Assembly: GCF_009914755.1 (NCBI RefSeq)
Contig: NC_060941.1
DNA length: 64,000 nt
Reading direction: 5' to 3' (one strand)
From: the human T2T-CHM13v2.0 reference genome, Homo sapiens
The notes under the pieces were generated by a model. That model did no database searches and had not been told where the DNA came from. It saw only the letters and a list, made by a program, of their open reading frames with translations. A program made the position numbers and the translations under genes. Positions within the stretch are counted from its first letter, which is position 1. Each line of letters starts with the position of its first letter. Of this stretch, positions 12,418 to 26,626 are shown piece after piece.

Positions 12418-13595
12418 GTCCATAAGCTGTGACTTTGGAGAGCCATGGGTATGAATCCTTTCCTGATGGCACTCACCCCCAGTGGGGAGAGTGACACACA
12501 AATACACGGGCCAAGTAACTGCAAACTGTGAGACATGCTTGAAGAAAAAGAACCAGGAGCTGTGAGGGAAAACATTACGGGAGCTCATCTAGATGGGGTG
12601 GGAGGAACGGCCAGCTGCTTGGAAGTATCTGGATGCTAACACGGCACACAGTAAAATCCAAACTGTAACCTCCTTTATTGGAGTGTTTGTATGATCCTGA
12701 AATCATTCAACAAATGGTCTGCAAGACCCAAAGTCCAACTCCAGCTCACTAGCAACTTTCAAAAGGCTGAAACCAGCAGTGCAAGCCCAGTCTGTCTCCC
12801 CTGGGCAAGCAGCCATGCTGCTGGCCACAGGCAGCCTCCCCGGGCTCAAGGGAGAGCCAGCAGTCGAGACCCCACCAGAGCCTCCTTTGCCTGCAGTTGC
12901 GTCATGAGCTGAGCCCCCTGTGCCAGCAGGGAGGCAGGAAAAGGAGACCTTGGAAGAGAGGGAGAGGGAGGCAGGACAAGCTCTGCTTCCCATTCCCCAG
13001 GGAGGCCAGAATGCTAATGTCTGCACTTAACCCAAATCTAAGCCCAGAAGGGAATGACAAATTGAAAGTCTGTCGTGATTCCCAGCCTTCTGTGTTTTCT
13101 GTTTTGGAATCTAGGAGGAAACTGGCAAATGCCAGAGTGGTCCCGTGGTACAAAGCCCCAGCACCACCACCACGCCTTCCTCTTGGGTACCTCCATCCAG
13201 AAAGAGCCCCTCAAGAACTTAGCTTGCTGGATCAGTGGTACCAGTCAGCCCTGGGCAGAATCGGTCAGACTCCCCAGGGCCCCTGTCACCCCCAATGCCT
13301 GGTCAGCACTGTCCTGTTCTTTCCCCTAGCCCAGCACCAGCTGCAGCCATCTCCCCTCAGAATGGCTGGTGGGATCCCCCCAGCAATCTCTCCCACCCCA
13401 CCCCACATTGGCACCTCCAGTTCTCAGCCTGGACTAATTACAATCTTTGATGAGCAAAAGATACTCATGATGGAGACCTTCACCTGAAACAGGGGTGGCC
13501 AGCATCTGACGCCGTGTTCTGCTTGGCTGTGCCATCTGCTTCTGGGCAATGGACTCTTGAGGAACTAGCCTCATTGTGGAGCCCATTGAGGTGGC

Positions 13596-13611
13596 GGGGG
13601 GGGGGGGGGGG
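13596..13611 (+). repeat. G16 homopolymer
   Basis: 16 consecutive G. Confidence 0.95.
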
Positions 13612-14106
13612 TTACTGCAGACCCTCTCCCTTCCTCCTTCTGTCTTGTTGGCATCACAGTCAACCTCCATCAGAGTCTCTCTGTTCGTTGTCCTATCTGT
13701 TTCTGTCTTCTCTCATTGATATCCAAGGGGATGGGGAAGCAGGAGCTGGCCACATTATTGAATATAGAATGTAGATCTGGAAGGGACAAGGGCATGTGGG
13801 CCTGACCCCTGGGAGGCTACAGAGTCTTAATGCACAGACCAGGATCCACACACCCATCCTGCATGTGTAGCCTGAATAAATAATGCCCATCTCAGGGTTA
13901 TTTTTCAAATGTATATGCATGCAGTTGCAAATAATCAAATACAAATTGATTTTAAACCACTACTGAATTCAAAGTAGCTTTTTGTCATTGTGAGTTTTCT
14001 CAACCAATGGAACCTAAAAATAAAAGTGCCGGCACGTGAAGAGATCCTCGAAGGGTTGGCATTAAAATGCAGTTCACGGGCTTGAAACGATGAAGAGCCA
14101 CAATTC

Positions 14107-14215
14107 CATGGCAAATCCTTCTTTTTTGATAAAGAAATTGCTGTTCAGAGCAGTTAAAAGCCTTGGCCAAGGTCACACAGCTTGTGACAGTGGTAGAACC
14201 CGAACTCTCCCAGGC
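14107..14215 (-). mobile_element. MIR fragment
   Basis: 'gttaaaagccttggccaaggtcacacagcttgt'. Confidence 0.7.
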
Positions 14216-14230
14216 TCTGACCTCAGATCA

Positions 14231-14370
14231 GAGCAATTACCTTAATTCCTCTGAATTTCCACTTCCTCTTCTGTAAAATGGGATTGTTGAGAGAATTAAA
14301 CGAAAGAATCTGGGCCTGGTGTTTGGTGTGATGCCAGCACACGGTAGGCACTCAGTAAGTGATGACCATC
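14231..14370 (+). mobile_element. MIR fragment
   Basis: 'cttcctcttctgtaaaatggg' and 'gcacacggtaggcactcagtaa'. Confidence 0.75.
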
Positions 14371-14756
14371 CCATTATTTTTCTCATTATCGCGATTATGT
14401 CCTGTTGCCTCATGCATTCTCCGTTTGCTTCTAAGGCAACTCACACTGGTGAAGTACTTGCCCACACACATACAATGGAGTTGGGTAGGCAACGCGGTCA
14501 GATAGCACAGTCCCCTTTAGCGCTATCCCACCGTGACCAGCACGCAGGAGTTGAGAAGCAAATGCCCCTCAGCATGGAGCCCTTGCACTGAGCTCCCACA
14601 GAGCTGGCACTTTTCCTCCTACAGCTCTGCTCTCTCAGAATTGTCTTTGCCTGGATCTGTGTCCTACATCAAAGAGCAAGCAAAGTGGGGATGGGAACCA
14701 GGTGAACACTTCACCAGGTAGCATCAATGCTTTACAGAACAATCAATCAATTGGTC

Positions 14757-15420
14757 AATGGGTGGATGGACGGGCAGATGAATGAATAAATGGGTGAAAG
14801 GTGGATGGATGGATGGATGGATGGATGGATGGATGAATGGATGGATGGATGGATGAATGGATGGAGGATGGGTGGGTGAATGGATGGATGGGTGAATGAG
14901 TGGAGGATGGGTGGGTGGGTAGATGAAAGAAAGGAAGGAAATACAGATAGATGAGTAGATGGATAAATGGACAGATTGATGAGTGGGTGGATGGACAGAA
15001 GGAAGGAAGAGAAGAAAGAGTGGATGGGTGGATGGATGAACAGGTTAATGAATGGATGAGTGGATAGAAGGAAGGGAGGAAGAAAATATGGATTGATAGA
15101 TGGGTGGGTAGATGGGTCAATGGGTGGATGAATGAATGGGTGTGTGAGTAGAAGGAAGGAAGGAAATATGGATGAATAGATGGATCGGTGGGTAAATGGG
15201 TGGAGATGGGTGGCTGGATGGAAGGAAGGATGGAAGAAAACATGGAAGGATGTCCATTTGTAAATGAATAAAAGGACAGATGGATGGATGAGTGGGTTAA
15301 TGGATAGAAGGAAGGAAGGAAAGATGGATGGATGGATGGATGGATGGATGGATGGATGGACAGATGAATGAATGGGTGGACGGATAGAAGCAAGGAAGGG
15401 CATATGGATGGGTGGATGGA
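14757..15420. repeat. (GGAT/GGAA/GGGT)n composite simple repeat
   Basis: Directly visible. Confidence 0.97.
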
Positions 15421-16095
15421 CCCTTTGCTCAAGATACTCCCTGGAACTGCAGAGAAAGGGGTTAAGCAAGAGGGTGAGGAAAGACTGGTTCAATACTTCA
15501 GGAAGGCTCCACATGAAATTTCCACAGGCACTAAAACCACCCAGCAGCTGTCCAGAGTCCTGGTGTCCCTGCTTACCCTAGTGTCTCTGCCCACACCTTG
15601 GAGATGGGAAGTGGAGGCCAACTGGGGAATAGGAGGAACCCAGAAAACCTCAGCAGTCGCCAGAGCAAACCACCTTCTGCCCTAAGCCGTGGAAAGGCTT
15701 AGAGGCCAGGCCTACCGGCCACAGAAAGTAGAAGAGAGTTGAATGGTGGTGGAATCAATGCAGTAGGCAGCAGCTAGCTAAGAAAGGATTTTCTCCGAGA
15801 AGGGCTCCAGGTCCCGGCCCAGGCCCTGGCCCTGCATGAAGGTTGGGGTGGGCCTCTTCCTCCCCGAGTCCAGGGCCAGGGCTCCACTCGGGGAGGGAGC
15901 TGGCAGCCACCTGGGGGCTCCTCGGGCTTGCATCTATTTGCAGCCTGGACTGCTTGCTTTATTTATTTGTGCTTTTGGCTCCCATGTGCCACAGACCCCG
16001 TGTGCTTTGTTCTGCCACTACACGGCCACATGGCCTTGGACAGTGCTGCAACCTTGCAACCCCCCAACCTCCTCCGCATCGACAACAGAAAGCCA

Positions 16096-16227
16096 CCACA
16101 CATGTGCACATACACACACACACACACACCAGTGCATGCACATATGCACACCAATGTGCACATGCACCTGCAGACATGAACACACACACGTGCCTGCAAG
16201 CACACACACACACACACACAAACACAA
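16096..16227. repeat. Composite (CA)n repeat
   Basis: Directly visible. Confidence 0.9.
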
Positions 16228-16704
16228 AGAGGCGCCCACTCTCTAGTCACAACTCTCCTCTCTCCTCTCTGGAGCCTGTCCCTGCTGTCTGGCCCATCCT
16301 CTGGCACCCCACTCACCTCTACTGATCCATGCATCTCTTTCTTCACACACACGAAAGCTTGTATCTGAAATGTTCACACTCATGTCTCAGCTTGAAAATT
16401 AAATCCCTTTAATGACTGAAGGTCCAGGTCCTTCTGCAAAGGAAACCCTGGAGCGAGTCCTTGGGTAAAGTTAAACATTCTTTTTGGAAGCCTGCCGGCC
16501 AGGCCCAGGCCAGATGCTGGAGAGGGAAGAGCCAGGGCTAGGTGGGCAGATTTCTCCTTTCTCCAGGTGTGAAGCTCAAGTGATCTCTTTGGGGACAACT
16601 AGCTGTAGCCAGCTGGGCTTACCAGCTCAGCCTCCCCGACAGCGTCCTAATGGAGAGCTATCTAGTGAATATTCCTTCAGGTCTTTTTTTCACTATTTTT
16701 ATTA

Positions 16705-16900
16705 AAAGACAGTATAGGCCTGGGTTCAAATCCTGTTCTGCCACTTAGTAGCTGTGTGACTTTGGACAAGTCACTTAACCTCTCTGTGCCCTGATATCTT
16801 CAGTCTATAGAATGACGATAATGTCAATACCACCTCATTGCATTATTGTGAAGAGTGAATGGGAAGACACATACAGTCACTAGCACCGTGCCCAAGTTGT
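16705..16900 (+). mobile_element. MIR
   Basis: Core 'gggttcaaatcctgttctgccacttagtagctgtgtgactttggacaagtcacttaacctctctgtgcc'. Confidence 0.9.
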
Positions 16901-18859
16901 TAATAATGAAGATATTGCTGCCATTTTATTTACAGTGTACTAAATAGTGAACAATATGATTCTATTTACAGCAAACCGTGACGAATGGATGGCATGGGCT
17001 CAATGCCAGCTTCCAGCCCCAGTCACTAGGCTGCAGTTCAGCCCGCCTTGAGGTAAGGCTAAGGGAACTCGAGGCCCTGGCTCAGGCCTGGTCTATGCCT
17101 TGTCTTCTTGCTCCACGTCCTTGGATGCCGTTGCACACCCCACCCTGGGCTCACTGGGTTTTTCCCTTGGCCTCCACCTGCAGTTCCCAGGTTCAGATCT
17201 CAGGATATGTATCAAAGCTCAAGGAACAAGTTTCCTTCTGGGGCTGCCCATGTCCCCCAAGAATGGGCTGTCCCCTGGAAGAACCAGGGGAACACTCATC
17301 AGTCCTCTAGACCGTCTGAATCTGGTTGCTGGTGAGCCCAGAGAGGGGAAGCAACCTGCCCCGAGACACACAGCAAGGCAGCGGCAGGAGGCTCCCAAGG
17401 CTCTGAGCTCCAGCCTCTCACTCCACCACCAGACAAGTTTACAATGGAACTAGCTCACGCCCCAATGACATGGAAGGGAGAATGAGCCCTTGGTAAATAT
17501 GAAAAGCCACCTCCTCCCTCCTGAAGTCTCCACCACCAACAGCTGCTCATACACTTCCTGCTATCTTCATGCTGTGGTCAAGGCTGACCTCTCTTCTCCG
17601 CCCTTCAGGAAGAGAAGACATTAAAGCATGTGAGAGAGGGGAGGGCCCTGGGGACGGGGAGCCGGCAGAGCCGCCAGCCTCGCTGAGTGCAGTGACAGAA
17701 AGCAGCCACTCCCGCCTTCAGTGTGGAGCCCAGGCCGCACCCAGCCTGGAGTCCGGGGCCTCGGGCAAGCTGCCTCCCTTCCAGGCCGGCGTGGGCCACT
17801 CCAGGACCCCGGGACTCCCTGCCCTCACTTTCACAGAGGCAGCTGGGTGTTCTGGGTGCACAGCTCCTGTCAGCAGAGCAGGCTCGGGAGCCCACTCGGC
17901 TTCAGGCAACCGTCAGCAAAAAACAGTAACAGCACGATCCCTCCTGCTCACAGGCACCTTCCATGCCAACAAGTCCTGCAGGAAAAGCCCAGATGACTCC
18001 AGGATGGGCCCCTGACTTCGAGGCAGGCCAGCCCCCTCGTTTCTTCACTTTTTTGACCCATGAGGAAACAGAAGCATTCATTAGCCAGAAGCATGTGGAC
18101 GTCCATGCAGCCGGCAGCACCATGGCCTGGGCCAGCAGGGGCCGAGAACAGGACATCTGATTCTTTCCTCACCTTCCCTCAAGGACAAGGTCAGCCAACA
18201 GAGCATGGGGGCGAGGATGTGATGGAAGAATGCATTTATAACCAAGGAGAGCCAGACTGCCCTCACCGGCTAAGATTAGGCAATAAAGGAGTGCTGAGGT
18301 TTGCATAGAATCAGGGCTGCCTCCCTGGAAGAAGAGGACTGTGAACCAGGTTGAGAAGGCCCCAGGACTGAAGCATGTACCTAACTTCTGGTGTTAAAAT
18401 GTCTGCACAGTTCTACCCGCCTGCTTGCTGGGCAGGGCAGCCACCTGCCAGCCGCTCCTGTGACCTCCGAGAATGGCTGAAACCTTTGAGGTGTCTGTCC
18501 AACACCAGCCGGGAAGTATTACAGCTGGGGCGTGTGTTTGGGGCTATTTCTGAGTGTCGCGGGAGAGAAGATGAAACGGCTGGTATTTCCTGATCACTCT
18601 CACTGGCTCATTGTGACCTTCGTGTAGCTTCAAGCAGTTCTGAGACTCCAGGAGCTGGGGTTGTATCAGACACTGCCAGTGAGTGGGGCAGACACGTTGA
18701 AGCAAGCTGGGCGTGGCAGAAAATCAGGTGTGCCCGAGGCCTGAGCACCCCCTCCCTTTTGGTCCTCACAGCAGTAGGATTCCCCCGTAGACATCTGGGT
18801 CCTGATTGCGTGGCTCTGGAGAGGGAGGAGAGGTTGTCCACAGCACCACCCCCTCTGCA

Positions 18860-18958
18860 GACACACACACACACACACACACACACGCACGCACACACCC
18901 ACGCACACGCGCGGGCGCACACGCAAACACACACATGCACACACACACACACACATAT
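18860..18958. repeat. (CA)n microsatellite with CG-rich core
   Basis: Directly visible. Confidence 0.92.
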
Positions 18959-19694
18959 CTGAACAGGCCAGGCTGGGTCAATGCAGTGTCTCGCTGTGAA
19001 ACGAGGGGAGAGCAGACGCCCTGTCTGAGAGCCACATGAGCCAGCAGCCTGCGTAGGAGCAGCAAACCATGTCCGAGACTCTGGGTGGGCCTCGTTTATG
19101 TCTGGAAAGAAAAGGGATTCTGAGGAGGGCTGGGGCAGGCAGCCGGCTGCAGGGCAGGGAGCTCACCCCCATTCACCGCAGCCCGCAGCCCACCATATGG
19201 GCCAGGAGGCTCAGCAGGCCAGCCCTGGCTGCCAGGGTTCCCCGGGGACAGCTTTGAAGCGCCTGGCTCAGCGGCGCCTTTCTCTTGGATGTTTAACCTC
19301 CCAAAGCTGTTGGTGGTTGATCAGGCAAGCAGAGGGTGCTTCGACTCTGGCCGACTTGAAGAGCCCTCTTGCCTCTCCTGCATGGGATTTTCCTGCCCGT
19401 GGGTCTGTTGATGAAGGGGGGTATCCCTGGGTCACCACCAGCTAAAAGGCATTTCTTTAAAATAAAAAAAAAAAAGCCAGATATAGACAGCACTGCCTGC
19501 AGGAGCCAGGTGAAGAGCAGGATAGAAACAGTTGCCCAGATTCTCCAAGCCCAGGGATGACTCCCACCTTCACTGTCTGACCTCGGGCCTCAGGGCCCGG
19601 ATAATTGTCTCATCGGGCCTCCACCCTAGACTGTCTGAATACTTCTGCAGCCCAGCCCTCACCACAGAGGCCATTGTCATTTTTTAAAAATAGT

Positions 19695-20555
<861 letters not shown>

Positions 20556-20600
20556 ACTCTAGTCTGGGCAACATAGTGAGATCCCCATCTGTTAAAAAAT
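20556..20600 (+). mobile_element. Short FLAM/AluJ-like fragment
   Basis: 'ctagtctgggcaacatagtgagatccccatctgttaaaaaa'. Confidence 0.7.
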
Positions 20601-20635
20601 ATTTTTAGTAGACTCTAAATTAAATAATAATAACA

Positions 20636-20923
<288 letters not shown>

Positions 20924-20959
20924 TAGTAACAGTAAATTACACACAGTGCACATTTCATT

Positions 20960-21494
20960 GTGTGTCTATTAACCATGCCTTTTATTTTCTGCATTCTGAT
21001 GCTTTGACATCTTGGGGCCTTCCGGACCCTGGTGGGACTGCCCCCTCCCAGGGTTAGGTAATTTCTAAATGTAGCAAACAGCTCACCTTCTAAAGGGCCT
21101 TTCATATGCAAACCAACCAGTCCAGAGCCGACACCCCAGCCACCTCCTTTATCAGGCTCTGTCACTCTGGGCCACTATGCACCTGCCCTGATCACCCCAG
21201 GGCCAAGTGCCAGACATCTTGGGACAACCCCTATCCCCAGAGCCCTCTGAAACTATTCAAACTAGCAATCCTAAACCTGGTTACCCCACCCAGTCCTTCC
21301 CATGGAAACCACAGGAAAGGCTCCTGCCGGGCTCTACTTCCCTCTGCCTCTGGCCAGCCCTGGTGCTTCCCCGTGTGGCCTGCATGGTGTGGTCTGGGCC
21401 TTTCTCGAGGCTGTGAGTAATAAACTGTCTTGTCCATTGCCTGGTCCATTAGCCATATCAGACCTAAATAACAACAGCACCTACATTTTAAACA
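20960..21494 (+). mobile_element. ERVL solo LTR, MER74-like
   Basis: 'gatgctttgacatcttggggcc..ggactgccccctcccaggg..ctttcatatgcaaaccaacc..ctacattttaaaca'; begins TG and ends CA. Confidence 0.75.
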
Positions 21495-21689
21495 GCACTG
21501 ACCTAGGACCGACACAGGGTGAGGCGCTGGACAAGTTATCCACCCGGGACTCTCGTTTTGAAGGTGAGCTTAGCTTGGTTTTCAGGGCAGCAGCAGCAGC
21601 TCCTAAATTGAAGGATTTTCAGCCTGTGGAGTAGCCATGAGACCCATGCTCTCTGGGAGTCCTGGACTGTGGGAGTAGGGATGGAGCCC

Positions 21690-21800
21690 ACCCCGTTTAC
21701 TCCCCAGGTGAATGAACTGAGGTCCAGAGAGGGGAGGATTTGCCCGAAGTAGCCAAGCTCACTAGCAGCCCATCTTGCACTTGGCACGTGTGGGAAGCCA
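21690..21800 (-). mobile_element. MIR fragment
   Basis: 'gaactgaggtccagagaggggaggatttgcccgaag'. Confidence 0.6.
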
Positions 21801-22363
21801 GAGAAGCTGGGCACAGCTCAGTGTCTCATACCCTCTGCCATCCCTGGAGGGGTGAGGCTCAGACACCCACTGCCGACACAGACACCCAATTTCAGTCAAG
21901 CCCCCAGACCCCCAGCCTACCCATGGCAAGGACGTTCCAGCCAAGTTGCCTTTCTTCCTGTTCCTCGGTATCCTGTCCTCCTATCCGGGCCTCACCTGAC
22001 CTCAGTGCCACCCAGGGCCCCAGCCCTCCAGTTCAGGAGGGCTCGAGACCTGCAGATAGGATCTTAGCACTGACACGTCAGAGGGTCCCCCGATGCACAC
22101 GAGCCACCTCCCCTCCCTCACCGCTGCTGCGGGGCAAAGCCAAGCAGATGCTCTTAGCAGAGTGGCCCTGGGATGCCTTGGGAGGCACAACTGGTAGCTG
22201 CGTGCAGCTCAAAGCTGGAGCCACCTCCAATGCCCAGAGGAGGCTGGCCAGAGGGGCGAAGAGGAAACCAGGCTGTCACGTCAGGTCAAGTGATACATTC
22301 GGTGGTGGCCTGACCCCAGCCGGCTTGGGGAGGAAGCTTTGGGACCCGGACTCTCATGCCCAG

Positions 22364-22367
<4 letters not shown>

Positions 22368-22404
<37 letters not shown>

Positions 22405-22445
22405 ACGCGCATGTGCGTCTGTATGCACATACGTGTGTGTGCATA

Positions 22446-22496
<51 letters not shown>
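22368..22496. repeat. Compound (TG)n microsatellite
   Basis: Two pure TG runs joined by an alternating purine-pyrimidine linker. Confidence 0.97.
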
Positions 22497-22498
<2 letters not shown>

Positions 22499-23699
22499 GG
22501 GCAGAGTGGAGCTCTCCCTAAAAGTTCTTCTTAAATAGATAATGTTTATCAAGAAGTACCCAGACCAGCAGCGGGAAAAATACTTAATAACCACTTAAGT
22601 AAACAGCAAGATTGGCAGGAACCATTTTTCAAGAGAAAAGAGCTGGGAGAAGGCTGCCAAGCGATGGATGGAAAGTATAATAAATTCCACGTCACTGCAG
22701 AGGCTCTGGCTCTCCAAGGCACTCTGGGCCCATATCTGTCGCTAAGGCTCTGATGGGCCGGCACAGGACACTTCATCATCTTACTACTTTGACATATCAC
22801 ATCCCAAAAGGTGGTGCTGGGCTTGGGATGTGGTGGCTGTTCTTCCCAAACCACTGGGAGTTTGGAGAGTTCTGTGTCTGTGGAAGGGGAGCTGCGTCGA
22901 GCTCGCTGGGGCTGTGGCACCAGGAGGAAAGAGCATTTTCCAGGAGCCAGTGTCCCAGGCAGAGGATGGGAGGTGGCCTTAGGTGATGGCATATGAAGAG
23001 GGCCGTTCCTCCTCCTTCATGCAAGGATCATGCAGCTGGCCCTAAGCCAGCCTCCAGGCACTCTGGCCAAGCCTCATGTGCCCTTCCCCTTCCCCAGTAG
23101 TTCCCAGCGTGGGGCAAACAGTTCTGTCTTCTCAAGACCCAGGCGACGTGTCTCCTTTGCAGATGCTTCAGAATCCGGAGCAAGAACTCTGCAGAATGAG
23201 GCAGCTGAAGTGCCCCAGTGGAACCTCATTCTGCAGACCTAGCCCAGGGGAGGTTACCGGGCAGGCAGCTTCACAAACCCACACACAAGCAAAGGGATGT
23301 TTTATTTGAGACCACGAGGCCATGGTGATTCCCAACTCACCAATCCATGCTCCGGCACTGACCTGCTGTGTGAACTCAGACGAGCCCCTTAACCTCTCCT
23401 CCACCTCAGGTGTTCTCCCCCGTCAAATGCAATTCACAGTTTTAGCTCTGCCGGCCCCGCCAGGCTGTGGGCAGATCAGGTGAGAAAAAGGGATGTGAAA
23501 GCAAGTTTGTGAACGGCACAGCACGGAGCAAAGGCAGGACACTGTCACTTCCCATCATGGGTGCTGAACACAGAGCCACACCCCTGCCAGCCTCAGGCCG
23601 GGGTGCCCAGCCTCCCCCAAAAAGCTGCATCACAGGGCTCTCCCAAGCCCTTATTTGCATTTAGCTCCCCTCTGTGGTCCTCCCTGCAGTGGCTGAGGA

Positions 23700-23860
23700 T
23701 GGTAATAATGACAGTAGCTGAGCTTCGTTGAGTGTGTTGCACAACAGCGCATTGCACTCTCCCAGCAACCCCGTTTTTCAGATGAGGAAGCTGAGGTGTA
23801 GAGAAGGTAAGAAATTGGCCAAAGTCAGAGTGAACGAGCAGTGAGGCTGGGTGTCCGCCT
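23700..23860 (-). mobile_element. MIR
   Basis: 'tttttcagatgaggaagctgaggtgtagagaaggtaagaaattggccaaagtc'. Confidence 0.8.
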
Positions 23861-23984
23861 CGGATCTGTCCGGCAGCCCCTGGGCTGGGTTTCTCAGGCA
23901 TTGGCCCTCCAGCTTGGTGATTTTTGCCAGCGTTGTGCCCACCCTGGACTATGATGTATAATATTGTGTGTGTATGTATTAGGT

Positions 23985-24095
23985 ATAGTCATTTATTCAA
24001 CACATTTTTATTGAGGACCTAATATATGTGCCAGGCATCACTCTGGCGTTAGACATAGGTAGTAAACCAAATGGACAAAAATACCTACCCATGTA
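23985..24095 (-). mobile_element. L2 3' fragment
   Basis: 'tcatttattcaacacatttttattgaggacctaatatatgtgccaggca'. Confidence 0.8.
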
Positions 24096-24099
24096 GGGC

Positions 24100-24408
24100 T
24101 TTTTATTTTTTGAGACAGGGTCTTGCTGTGTCACCCAGGCTGGAGTGCAGTGGTGCAATCACGGCTCACTGCAGCCTCTGCCTCTGAGCTCAAGTGATCC
24201 TCCCACCTCAGCCTCCAAAGTACCTGGGACTACAGGTGCATACCGCCATGCCCACCTAGTTTTTGTTTTGTTTTGTTTTGTTTTTTTTGTAGAGACAAGT
24301 TTCACCATGTTCCCCAGGCTGGTCTCAAACTCCTGGGCTCAAAAGCAATCCGCCTACCTCAGTCTCCCAAAGTGCTGGGATTACAGGTATGAGCCACCCC
24401 TCCTGACC
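24100..24408 (-). mobile_element. AluJ
   Basis: 'gagacagggtcttgc', 'cacggctcactgcagcctc' and 'ctcctgggctcaa'. Confidence 0.95.
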
Positions 24409-24417
24409 ATGAACCTA

Positions 24418-24831
<414 letters not shown>

Positions 24832-24930
24832 TTAGAAATCAAGGTCAGCAAAGTCTAGCTGAGTGTTCTTGTCTGCTGAAGGCTTGAATCCTGAAGAACG
24901 CTCTTATTTGCTTAAAAAGGAGATTTCCAA

Positions 24931-25880
24931 TCTTCAAAAATGTTTAAACATGGAATTATCCTATGACCCAGGAATTCCACTCTTAGTATACACCCAAAAG
25001 AATTGAAAACAGATATCCAAATACTTGCACATGAACGTTCACAGAAGCACAGTTCATCTCACAGAAGCAGAAAGGTAGAAACAACCCAAATGTCCACCCA
25101 GGGCTGAATGAATACACAAAGTGTGGTTGACCCACGCAGTGGAGTGTCACAAAAGGAGGGCCCATGGCTGGGCGCGGTGACTCATTCCTCTAATCCCAGC
25201 ACTTTGGGAGCCCGAGGTGAGCAGATCACCTGAGGTCAGGAGTTCGAGACCAGCCTAGGTGACATGGTGAAACCCCATCTTTACTAAAAACACAAAAATT
25301 AGCCAGGTGGGGTGGTGGGCACCTGTAATCCCAGCTACTCGGGAGGCTGAGGCAGGAGAATTGCTTGAACCCCAGGAGGAGGAGGTGGCGGTGAGCCGAG
25401 ATTGCACCACTCACTGTATTCCAGCAGTTTGAGTGACAGTGAGACTTCGTCTCAAAAAAAAAAAAAAAAAAAAAAAAGAAGGCCCACAAAAAGAGGGAAG
25501 CACCAATTCAGGCTGCAGCACGAAGGAACCTCCGAAACATCACGCTCAGTGAAAGATGCCACACACAAAAGGTCACATGTAAAATAATTACATTGCTATG
25601 AAATATCCAGAATAGGTAACTCCACAGAGACAAAAAGCAAGGTGCTGAATGCCAGGGGGTGGGGGGCGGGTGTGGAGATGGGGTGGGGGAAGGAGGAAGG
25701 AGTGGTTGCTTAATGAGTATGGGGTTTCCTTTTGGGGTGATGAAAAGTGTCCTAGAACTAGATAGAAGCGACAGTTCCACAACATTGTGAACACAATAAA
25801 TGTCACAGAAGTGCGCACTTTAAAGTGGCTAGTGGTGAATTTTATGTTCAGTGAATTTTATCTAAATTTTTTTTCAAATG
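24931..25880 (+). mobile_element. L1MB-type 3' fragment with 12-bp TSD, interrupted by an Alu
   Basis: 'tatgacccaggaattccactc' and 'gaaacaacccaaatgtcca'; GGAGATTTCCAA at 24919-24930 and 25881-25892. Confidence 0.88.
25166..25477 (+). mobile_element. AluS
   Basis: Full dimer with long A tail; TSD-like aaaaggagggccca / aaaagaaggccca. Confidence 0.97.
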
Positions 25881-26069
25881 GGAGATTTCCAAGTGTTAGC
25901 AAGGTGTTAGAGACATACCTTCACCAAATGAGATTTTCTCCTTAATGCTGTAAGAGAAGAATGAACGAGAATGGCATATTGCCTGCTAATCTCCACGGTA
26001 CTTTCGCCTGCAGTGTCTCCTTGGGTCTGCTCGGTGACCTTGGACTGCCGACGGGAAGGTGATGGTATC

Positions 26070-26475
26070 TGCATTCGTTTCCTGGGGCTGCCATCACGAA
26101 GAACCACAGACTGGGGGTGGCCTCAACATCAGAAATGTATCGTCTCACAGTGCTGGAGGTTAGAAGCTCAAGATCAAGGTGTCAGCAGGTTTGGCTTCTC
26201 CTCGGGCCTCTCTCCTTGGCTTGCAGGTGTCTGTCTTCCCACTGTGTCCTCACATGGTCTCTGGGCGCTCACACATCCCTGGTGTCTCTGTGTCCAAATT
26301 CTTGTGAGGACACCAGTTGGGTTGGATGAGGAGCCACCCTAACGGCCTCATTTCAACTTAATCACCTTTGAAAGGCCTCATCTCCAAATACTGTACAGTC
26401 ACATTCTGGGGCACTGGGGGCTTGGGCTTTAGCACATAAATTTCGTCGAGAGAGGACACGATCTGGCCCCCAACG
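26070..26475 (-). mobile_element. MLT1A-like MaLR solo LTR
   Basis: 'accacagactgg..tctcacagtgctggaggttagaagctcaagatcaaggtgtcagcagg..catctccaaatac'. Confidence 0.85.
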
Positions 26476-26626
26476 ATGTCCCAGCTGACTTGATGAGGGA
26501 CATGCAGAAGGCAGCTCAAGCCACAGAGTTGGTGGGAGCAGCACCGGCCAAGAGCCCGTGTGCTCAGAGCTCCCCCCATATATGCTCCTCCACACCTGCT
26601 GCTGCACCCAGGGGTGTGAATGACCA

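Noticed and set aside
11759-12588. HPSI/WMDG-repeat ORFs (also 14747-15514, 38827-39342)
   Set aside because: Translations of CCAT/GGAT repeats.
18130-18146. CTCF-like CCAGCAGGGGCCG
   Set aside because: Mismatch in the core GGC; such near-matches are common at this GC content.
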